Assembly: GCA_052390515.1 (NCBI GenBank)
Contig: JBQTGV010000212.1
Coordinates: forward strand, 1-19,595
Origin: Candidatus Eiseniibacteriota bacterium
GTDB lineage: Bacteria; ARS69
Direction of reading: 5' to 3'
Length of the DNA: 19,595 nt
Of the stretch, positions 7,552 through 14,816 are shown in pieces (position 1 is the first letter of the stretch; each line of letters starts with the position of its first letter). A program made the translations under genes and the position numbers. The notes beneath the pieces were generated by a model that saw only the letters and a program-made list of their open reading frames with translations, made no database searches and was not told the DNA's origin.

Positions 7552-10077
7552 GTGACCGGACAAATCGCGGGGCGAGATCTCGGCTCGTTCGCGCTCATCG
7601 CGGCGCAGCTCGCCCTGCTGCTCTTCGTGGCGGACACGTACCTCATCGAGGAGAGCTACGGGTTCGGGCGGCTCGCGCCGATCGTGTTCGCCGGTTTCCT
7701 GGTGAACGCGTGGATCCCTCCGCGCTTCCGCTCGGCCTGGCTGCTGGCGCTCTTCCTGGTCTCGGTGCTCGTGTCGCTCGGCCCCGTGCCGGGCGTGCTG
7801 CTCGTCGTCGTCGGCCTCCTGGTGTTCTCGATCTGCCACCTGCCCGTCCCGTTCCGTGTCCGGGTGCTCACCATGCTCGCGGTGGGAATCCTGCTCGCAG
7901 CGGTGCGCTCGGGTGCGCTGGAGATCCCCCTCCCGATCCGGCGTGCGCAGATGTACTTCCAGACGCAGACGATCCCGCTGCTCGCGTCCATGTTCATGTT
8001 TCGCGCCGCGATCTACCTGTACGACCTGCGCCACGAGCGGACTCCGGCGCCGCTGATGCAGCGCCTCTCGTACTTCTTCATGCTGCCGACGGTCTGCTTC
8101 CCGCTGTTCCCGGTGATCGATTACCAGACGTACCGCCGCTCGTACTACCAGCGTGCACCGTTCGAGGTGTACCAGAAGGGCGTGGACTGGATCTTCCGGG
8201 GGCTCACCCACCTGCTCCTCTACCGGCTGGTCTACCACTACCTCGTTCCGGATCCGGCCAAGGTGAGCGATCTCGCCGGCGTCCTGCAATACATGGTCTC
8301 GAGCTTCCTGCTCTATCTGCGCATCTCCGGGCTCTTCCATCTGGTGGTCGGCATCCTGTGCCTGTTCGGGTACGACCTGCCAGAGACGCATCACCGCTAC
8401 TACCTCGCTCGCGGGTTCAACGACTTCTGGCGCCGCATCAACATCTACTGGAAGGACTTCATCCTGAAGCTCTTCTACCTGCCGCTGTTCATGGCCCTGC
8501 GCCGCCGGGGCACGAACTTCGCCATGGTCGTGGCGACGCTGCTCTCCTTCGCCTGCACCTGGCTGCTGCACGCATACCAGTGGTTCTGGCTGCGCGGTTC
8601 GTTCCCGCTGCCTCCTCAGGACACGATCTTCTGGGGGACGCTCGCGCTCCTGGTCACGGTCAACTCGCTGTGGGAAGCGGCCCGGGGGCGAACGCGCTCG
8701 CTCTCGCCCGCCCGGAAGGTCACCTTCGGCCGAGCGGCGGTCGTCTCGCTGCAGACCGTGGCCATGTTCACGGTGATGTGCGTGCTGTGGTCCTTCTGGA
8801 CGTGCACGACGATCGACGAGTGGGTGTCGGTCCTCTCCGTGGCAACGCGGGCTCCCGCCGCGGAGTTCGTGAAGCTCTTCGCCCTGCTGGCCGGCGTGGT
8901 GGTCGTGGGCATCGCCGCCCAGATGCTCTCCGGGCGGGTGAGCTTTGCGCCCGGAGCCGGATGGCGCACCGGCGTGCGCCGCGCCGCGATGGTCGGCGGA
9001 TCGGCGGTCGCGCTGCTCGCCGCAGCGGCCCCGACGGTCAAGCCGCATCTCGGGGCCGACGTCGCGAACCTCCTGGGCACGCTCCAGGGCGATCAGCTGA
9101 ACGCCCGTGACCGCGACCGAATGGTGAAGGGCTACTACGAGGACCTGCTCGGCACGGAGGGCTGGGGGTCCATGCTGTGGAGCGTGCGGCTGGAAGAGCC
9201 GGAGACGTGGAGATGGAGCGGTCGGCCCACCTCCGAGTTCATCCGCGAGACCGGCGACTTCCGCGGTGGCGAGTACATCCCGGGACTCGACGTGACCCAC
9301 AAGGGCGCGTCCTTCCGCACCAACCGCTGGGGTCTGCGGGGCGAGGACGTCGAACCGGCGAAGCCGTCGGGCACGTGCCGCATCGTCCTGCTGGGGTCGT
9401 CGTACGCGGACGGCGCCGGAGTGGAGCTGGAGTCCACGTTCGCCTGGCTGCTCCAGGAGCGCCTCGACCGCGAGCCGCTCTCCGGGCGATGCGCCTCGAC
9501 CGAGATCGTGAACCTCGCCTTTCCGGGGGACTCCATCGTGCGGCAGGTCGTCGCGCTGATCCGGACCGGCCTCCGCTTCGAGCCCGACGCGGTGCTGGCC
9601 GTGGCGACGACCAACGAGGCGTTGCACGCGGTGCGCAACGTGCGTGACTCCGTGGTGGGGCGCGCACCGGACATCGATCCGGAGGTGCAGGAGATCGTAC
9701 GCCGCGCGGGCGTCACGCCGGAGATGTCCGTGGAGGAGATGGAGCGCCGGCTGAACGCGTTCACCGACGAGATCCTCTCCTGGGGCTACCGGAAGCTCGC
9801 GAGCACCGCGGCCGAGCAGGGGATCGACGCGATGTGGTGCCTGCTGCCGCTGACGGACGACGAGGATCACCGGTTCGAGGAGAGCTACCGGCATCTCTCG
9901 CGTCTCGCGGAGCAGCAGGGTCTCACCGCGGTGAGCCTCGGGGGCGTGTACGGGGACCTGAACGAGCGGGACCAGGTGCGCCTCGCGCCCTGGGACTGGC
10001 ATCCGAACAGCGAAGGCCACTCCCGCATCGCGGAACGGCTCCACCGGGAGATGGCGAGCCGCGGCTTCCTCGATTGA
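7552..10077 (+). CDS. MBOAT-family O-acyltransferase fused to a C-terminal SGNH/GDSL-like domain
   Basis: Multi-TM N-terminal two-thirds with YLRISG, LFGYDLPE, FNDFWRRINIYWK and a putative catalytic His in TWLLH (8569). C-terminal TNRWGLR...RIVLLGSSY (block I), NLAFPG (II), TTNE (III), DWHPN (V). Confidence 0.85.
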   Translation: MTGQIAGRDLGSFALIAAQLALLLFVADTYLIEESYGFGRLAPIVFAGFLVNAWIPPRFRSAWLLALFLVSVLVSLGPVPGVLLVVVGLLVFSICHLPVPFRVRVLTMLAVGILLAAVRSGALEIPLPIRRAQMYFQTQTIPLLASMFMFRAAIYLYDLRHERTPAPLMQRLSYFFMLPTVCFPLFPVIDYQTYRRSYYQRAPFEVYQKGVDWIFRGLTHLLLYRLVYHYLVPDPAKVSDLAGVLQYMVSSFLLYLRISGLFHLVVGILCLFGYDLPETHHRYYLARGFNDFWRRINIYWKDFILKLFYLPLFMALRRRGTNFAMVVATLLSFACTWLLHAYQWFWLRGSFPLPPQDTIFWGTLALLVTVNSLWEAARGRTRSLSPARKVTFGRAAVVSLQTVAMFTVMCVLWSFWTCTTIDEWVSVLSVATRAPAAEFVKLFALLAGVVVVGIAAQMLSGRVSFAPGAGWRTGVRRAAMVGGSAVALLAAAAPTVKPHLGADVANLLGTLQGDQLNARDRDRMVKGYYEDLLGTEGWGSMLWSVRLEEPETWRWSGRPTSEFIRETGDFRGGEYIPGLDVTHKGASFRTNRWGLRGEDVEPAKPSGTCRIVLLGSSYADGAGVELESTFAWLLQERLDREPLSGRCASTEIVNLAFPGDSIVRQVVALIRTGLRFEPDAVLAVATTNEALHAVRNVRDSVVGRAPDIDPEVQEIVRRAGVTPEMSVEEMERRLNAFTDEILSWGYRKLASTAAEQGIDAMWCLLPLTDDEDHRFEESYRHLSRLAEQQGLTAVSLGGVYGDLNERDQVRLAPWDWHPNSEGHSRIAERLHREMASRGFLD

Positions 10078-10114
10078 GTCGGCCGGCAGAAGCGAAGGAC
10101 GGACGGGAGGGTCC

Positions 10115-11257
10115 ATGGCCAGGGCGAAGAAGGCGAACAGCAAGGCGGCGGCGAAGAAGGGCGGGGGCGAAGGCGCGAAGCGCGTGATCGCCCGGATCCG
10201 ATCCGAGGCCACGGCGGTGCGGGAGAAGATCCTCGAGCGACGCAGCCCGAGCCTCTCCTTCCCGCTGCGCAATCTCCAGAACGTCGTCTACCGGCCCGCG
10301 GACGGTTTCTTCCGCATCCGCGGGAAGAAGAAGGAGCGCGCGCTCACCGTGGGCACGGTCAAGACCTTCGCCCAGACGCTGCGCATGATGTCGTTCTCGA
10401 AGCAACTGGTGGAGAGCGACGACATCGCCACGAAGCGGGAGGCGTACTACGTCTCCAAGAACTGGGACGAGTGCCGATTCAACGAGCAGCCGGAGAGCGA
10501 CGCGGTGATGGAGGACGTGGAGGCGCTGTTCGGTGTCAACCGCGAGCAGCTCGGCTTCATCCCGGAGGAGAAGGGCGGGGACGTCGCCGGGGAGCTGGTG
10601 GTCCTCGATCACGACCGGGAGACGGGCGAGGAACTGCAGATCGACTGCACGCGGTTCGGGAGCGGAGCCTACTCGATCCCGATCTCGGTCGAGGATCTGC
10701 AGTTCCGCACCGGGGCGAAGTTCATCCTGGCCATCGAGACCGCGGGCATGTTCCAGCGGCTGGTGAAGCACGCTTGGTGGCGCACCGCGAACTGCATCCT
10801 CGTCTCGCTGGGCGGAGTGCCCACCCGCGCCTGCCGGCGCTTCATCCGCAGGTTGGCCGACGAGCGCAAGCTCCCCGTCTACGTGTTCGTCGACGGGGAT
10901 CCGTACGGCTACTCCAACATCTACCGGACGCTCAAGGTGGGCAGCGGGAACGCCGCGCACATGAACGAGTTCTTCTGCGTGCCGCAGGCGAGGTTCCTGG
11001 GCGTCACGCCGCAGGACATCATCGACTACGAGCTACCGACCCACCCGCTGAAGGACGTCGACGTGAAGCGGGCCAAGGACGCGCTCAAGAACGATCCCTT
11101 CATTCGCCACTACAAGCCGTGGCAGAAGGCGATCGAGCAGCTGGTCGGGATGGGGGTGCGCGTCGAGCAGCAGGCGCTGGCCAAGCACGGGCTCAACTAC
11201 GTGATCGACGAGTACCTGCCTCAGAAACTGGCGCACCCGGAGCGTTTCCTGCCGTGA
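10115..11257 (+). CDS. top6A: DNA topoisomerase VI subunit A (Spo11-like)
   Basis: TKREAYY (catalytic Tyr region), FNEQPESD, Toprim AIETAGMF, GGVP, FVDGDPYG DxD motif, VEQQAL. GGGAGG RBS. Confidence 0.96.
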   Translation: MARAKKANSKAAAKKGGGEGAKRVIARIRSEATAVREKILERRSPSLSFPLRNLQNVVYRPADGFFRIRGKKKERALTVGTVKTFAQTLRMMSFSKQLVESDDIATKREAYYVSKNWDECRFNEQPESDAVMEDVEALFGVNREQLGFIPEEKGGDVAGELVVLDHDRETGEELQIDCTRFGSGAYSIPISVEDLQFRTGAKFILAIETAGMFQRLVKHAWWRTANCILVSLGGVPTRACRRFIRRLADERKLPVYVFVDGDPYGYSNIYRTLKVGSGNAAHMNEFFCVPQARFLGVTPQDIIDYELPTHPLKDVDVKRAKDALKNDPFIRHYKPWQKAIEQLVGMGVRVEQQALAKHGLNYVIDEYLPQKLAHPERFLP

Positions 11258-11277
11258 GCGGCGCGCGCCGAGCGTGA

Positions 11278-11330
11278 GAGCCGGCGGCCGGACGTCGCGG
11301 CGAGGTCCGCCGTGACGCCCATGCCGGCTC
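11278..11330. terminator. GC-rich hairpin between convergent genes; possible terminator or 3'-stabilising stem (no U-tract)
   Basis: GAGCCGGC (11278-11285) pairs with GCCGGCTC (11323-11330). Inner CGTCGCGGCG (11293-11302) pairs with CGCCGTGACG (11308-11317) around a 5-nt loop. Confidence 0.5.
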
Positions 11331-11334
11331 GACG

Positions 11335-11718
11335 TCAGAACTGGTAGGACGTGACCGTCAGCATGTGAAGGCCGTCCTGCTCGTGCGGGGTGCCGGTCAC
11401 GCTGACCTGCACGCCCGACTGACGCTGCGTGAAGAGGTCGGAGGTCGGATCCACGCCGTCGAGCACGTGAACGACGCCGTCCGCGGACTTGACCGCCGCG
11501 GCGCACTCGCCGACCGCGGCGAACGTGCAGTGCCCGCAGCCGATGGTGCCGGCCAGTGTGACCGCGGCCACGGTCATGGGTTCGGGCGCGGCCTGCTCCG
11601 CGGGTGCGACTTCCATCCGGGCGGGCTCGCTGGCGGCGCCGGACTGCTGGTGGCTCGTATCGCGGGCGCTGCAGCCGGCGAGTAGCATCAGGGACGCCAA
11701 GGTCCACATCACCTTCAT
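11335..11718 (-). CDS. 127-aa lipoprotein with a CxxC-x7-C motif, resembling the DUF6370 family (start reassigned from 11820 to ATG 11718)
   Basis: AGGAGG RBS before the ATG. Lipobox MKVMWTLASLMLLAG-C, low-complexity linker, then GTIGCGHCTFAAVGECAAAVK...VSVTGT...LTVTSYQF. Confidence 0.8.
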   Translation of the reverse strand: MKVMWTLASLMLLAGCSARDTSHQQSGAASEPARMEVAPAEQAAPEPMTVAAVTLAGTIGCGHCTFAAVGECAAAVKSADGVVHVLDGVDPTSDLFTQRQSGVQVSVTGTPHEQDGLHMLTVTSYQF

Positions 11719-11821
11719 CGTCTTCCTCCTGTTCCCTCTCGGGTTCGGGGCCGCGGAGAATGTACACCCTGGACCCGGGTTGCGATAGAGTCCGTGGCCG
11801 ATCGACACGGAGGGCCTCATC

Positions 11822-13951
11822 GTGAACGGAGTCCGGAGACCAGGACGAGCAGCCTGCCTCGCCGCCGCGCTCGTGCTTCTTCCGGCGTCCTCGAGTCGGG
11901 CGGGCGACGCCCTGGACGAGGCGCTCGCCGCCGAGGGACTCGTGCGCGCGGATCTCGGTTGGGAACCGCGGGGCTACTGGTCGCGCTATCCGGCGGACAC
12001 GCCCCACCGCCTCAGGCACTTCGATGATCTGCTCGCCCAGCCGCTCGCCACGGTGACGTTCGCACGGACGGCCTCGAACGCGGCGAAGATCCTGCTTTCC
12101 GCGGACTCGCTCGCCAAGCGGCCGGAGAAGTCCGACGGCGCGCTCTACCGGGCGGTGCAGATCCTCGGCGTAGACCGCAAGTTCGGAGCGTTCCGCAATT
12201 ACTCGGCGAACCTGGACACGACGTCGATCGATCTGGTCGATGCCCTGCTGCTGCTGCACGAGAGCGCCGGACGCAAGACCTCGTTCGTGACGTTCGGGAA
12301 CGTGGCGGCGTTCCCCGACCTTCGCAAGGAGTGGGAGGCGAAGGTCGCGGCGGGCGTCCCGGCGCGTGCGCGACCGGCGCTCGGCCGTCTGGTGGCCGAT
12401 CTGGTCAGCGCCCACGAATGGTGCGAGCTCGCCTTCCGCAACGTGCCCGTCGCCACGCGCCTCGCGGTGCAGCGCCGCACCGATCTCGGCGTGGAGCTCG
12501 GCGATGCGCAGGAGTACTTCCCCGAGCTGGACGACGCGGCCGCCCTCCTGGATGAGGCCAGCCTCTGGTATGGAAGCCTGCGCGCCGTAGCCGCGGTGGA
12601 GCGCGCCAGGCACGCCCTTTCGGCGGTCGACACGCGCGGGAACTGCTCCTTCGATTGGTACTCTCCGCTGGGCTGGATTCGCTTCCACGGGAGCGGCGAG
12701 GACGAGATCGACGGGACGGACTCCTTCCTCGTGGTCGATCTCGGCGGCGGCGACAGCCACGAGGGCTCTGCCGGCGCACCGGCACCCGGCCGTTCCCTCT
12801 CGGTGCTGCTCGAGCTCGGAGGCAACGACATGTATCACCCGACGGGGGACGGACCGAAGCTGGGTGCCGGGCTCGCCGGGATCGGAATCGTGCTCGACGC
12901 TGCCGGCGACGACGAGTACTGGGCGGGCCGCTGCTCCCAGGGTTTCGGCCAGCTCGGCTTCGGCTTGCTCGCGGACCTCGACGGCAATGATTACTACTTC
13001 TCCCGCTACGACTCCCAGGGGGCCGCGTTCCTCGGGATCGGGACGCTCCTCGATGCGGCCGGAGACGACACGTACCGGATCGAGTCCGACGGGCAGGGCT
13101 TCGGTGCCGCCGGCGGCGTCGGCACCCTCGCCGACCGCTCCGGCAACGACCGCTACGAGGCGGTACGCGATCCGGCGGTGACCGGGCGCCCATCCTCCCA
13201 CTCCGAGGACCGGATCTCCATTTCCAACGCGCAGGGCGTGGGCTCCGGCCGCCGCGGCGACGGAAGCGACGGACACTCCTGGGCGGGCGGGCTCGGCCAG
13301 CTGATCGACGTCGAGGGCGACGACGAGTACGTGGCCGGAAACTGGTCCCAGGGCGCCGGATATTGGTTCGGCACCGGGCTCCTGCACGACGCTTCGGGAA
13401 ACGACACGTACCGCGGAGTGGTGTGGTCCCAGGGATCGGGCGCGCACTTCTGCATCGGCGCGCTGATCGACGAGAGCGGGGACGACCGCCACTTGATCGA
13501 GGAGAAGGGCAGCGCGTCCGTCGCCTTCGGGCACGACTTCACCGTGGCGCTGCACGTCGACGTCGCCGGTAACGACGAGTACGATGTGTTCGAGGGCGAC
13601 GGTCTCGGGTTCTCCATCAACCGCAGCGTGGCCCTGTTGATCGACTGCGGCGGCGACGACCGCTACCGCAACAAGCCCGGCAACCGGCCCGGTTTCGCCC
13701 GCTTCGACGAGCGCTTCGCGCGCTGGGACGACACTCACACGTACTTCACGGAAGCCAGCGCCCTCGGACTGTTCCTCGACGTGGGCGGCCGGGACTCGTA
13801 CGAAGCCGACGCGGCGGCGGACGATTCGACGTGGCTCGATCCGGCGGAGTCCGCGAACCGCGCCGCGCGGAACCTGTCGATCGGCGTGGACCGCGCCGAC
13901 GGGACCGTGGATCTCGCTCCGCGGCCCGAACGCGAACCTTCGCGCCGCTGA
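11822..13951 (+). CDS. Secreted 709-aa protein with about 12 D/ExxGxDxY/H repeats (probable Ca-binding beta-solenoid); function unknown
   Basis: Signal peptide ...AACLAAALVLLPASSSRA. Repeats run from DLGGGDSH (12737) to DVGGRDSY (13801), with SQGxG-GxGxLxD linkers. GGAGGG RBS. Confidence 0.8.
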   Translation: MNGVRRPGRAACLAAALVLLPASSSRAGDALDEALAAEGLVRADLGWEPRGYWSRYPADTPHRLRHFDDLLAQPLATVTFARTASNAAKILLSADSLAKRPEKSDGALYRAVQILGVDRKFGAFRNYSANLDTTSIDLVDALLLLHESAGRKTSFVTFGNVAAFPDLRKEWEAKVAAGVPARARPALGRLVADLVSAHEWCELAFRNVPVATRLAVQRRTDLGVELGDAQEYFPELDDAAALLDEASLWYGSLRAVAAVERARHALSAVDTRGNCSFDWYSPLGWIRFHGSGEDEIDGTDSFLVVDLGGGDSHEGSAGAPAPGRSLSVLLELGGNDMYHPTGDGPKLGAGLAGIGIVLDAAGDDEYWAGRCSQGFGQLGFGLLADLDGNDYYFSRYDSQGAAFLGIGTLLDAAGDDTYRIESDGQGFGAAGGVGTLADRSGNDRYEAVRDPAVTGRPSSHSEDRISISNAQGVGSGRRGDGSDGHSWAGGLGQLIDVEGDDEYVAGNWSQGAGYWFGTGLLHDASGNDTYRGVVWSQGSGAHFCIGALIDESGDDRHLIEEKGSASVAFGHDFTVALHVDVAGNDEYDVFEGDGLGFSINRSVALLIDCGGDDRYRNKPGNRPGFARFDERFARWDDTHTYFTEASALGLFLDVGGRDSYEADAAADDSTWLDPAESANRAARNLSIGVDRADGTVDLAPRPEREPSRR

Positions 13952-13961
13952 CGAGGAGACG

Positions 13962-14807
13962 ATGCCTGCCATCGAGGGCGTTCCGGACCTTCGCCTCGTC
14001 GCGCCGGAGCGCATCCGCTTCCACGAGCATCCGGAGCGGAGCCGCACGCTGCGGCTGGTGGAGCGCCTCCGCGAGGAACGCACGCTGCGTAACCCGCCGA
14101 TCGTCGCGCGGCTGGACGGCGAGAATCACGTGCTGCTGGACGGGGCCAACCGGGTGAGCGCGCTCGCGGAGTTGGGCTATTCCCACGTGCCGGTGCAGGT
14201 CATCGACTACGCGCGGCCCGAGGTGCAGCTCAAGGGCTGGCATCATCTCCTGCTCGAGGGGGCGAAGCTCGACCTTCACGCCAGGTACACGTCCCTGGCC
14301 GGCGCGACGCTCGAGCGTACGGCGCTGGAGGACGTCGCCGGGCTGCTGGCACTGCGGCAGGTCTTCACCATTCTCGTGGACGAGGCCGGCGCGGCGTGGG
14401 CGCTCCGGCCCGGCACGGCTCGCGTCGAGCTCCGCGAGTGGATGGCCGTCATCGAGGGCGTCGTCGCGGCGTACGAGGGGAAGACGCGCCTGGAACGGAT
14501 CAAGCTCGCCGATTACGCCGAGCTGCCGGAGGTGTTCCGCACCGTGGAGCATCAGCTCGTGCTGTACCCCACGATCACCAAGGGCGAGCTGCTCGATCTC
14601 GTCTCCGAGGGTCTGCGTATCCCCACCGGGCTGACGCGGCATTTGATCCCGGGGCGGGCGCTCGGCCTGCATCTGCCGCTCGATTTCCTCCGCGAGACAT
14701 GGTCCGACGAGCGCAAGGCGAAGCACTTCCACACGGTGGTGGACGAGCTGGAGATGCGCGGGCGGATCCGGTTCTACGAGGAGTCCGTCTTCGTCATGAA
14801 CGAGTAG
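13962..14807 (+). CDS. ParB/Srx-fold protein, SbnI/SerK-like (putative free L-serine kinase)
   Basis: LRLVAPERIRFHE, LRNPPIV, LLDGANR, LGYSHVPVQ, GWHH, IPTGLTRHLIPGRALGLHLPL and IRFYEESVF match, in order, the SbnI motif series as I recall it. GAGGAG RBS. Confidence 0.75.
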   Translation: MPAIEGVPDLRLVAPERIRFHEHPERSRTLRLVERLREERTLRNPPIVARLDGENHVLLDGANRVSALAELGYSHVPVQVIDYARPEVQLKGWHHLLLEGAKLDLHARYTSLAGATLERTALEDVAGLLALRQVFTILVDEAGAAWALRPGTARVELREWMAVIEGVVAAYEGKTRLERIKLADYAELPEVFRTVEHQLVLYPTITKGELLDLVSEGLRIPTGLTRHLIPGRALGLHLPLDFLRETWSDERKAKHFHTVVDELEMRGRIRFYEESVFVMNE

Positions 14808-14816
14808 GAGCGCGCG

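Noticed and set aside
7522-10114. MBOAT-SGNH gene as a mobile element or intron-like insertion
   Set aside because: No terminal repeats, target duplication, transposase or endonuclease were seen.
7432-14083. Very long alternative ORFs (7432..10272 -, 11033..14083 -; likewise 6909..9110 + and 3899..5950 -)
   Set aside because: These are expected stop-poor shadows of GC-rich genes, with no recognisable motifs.
13962-14807. Chromosome-partitioning ParB
   Set aside because: There is no HTH/dimerisation region and no parA. The C-terminus fits SbnI.
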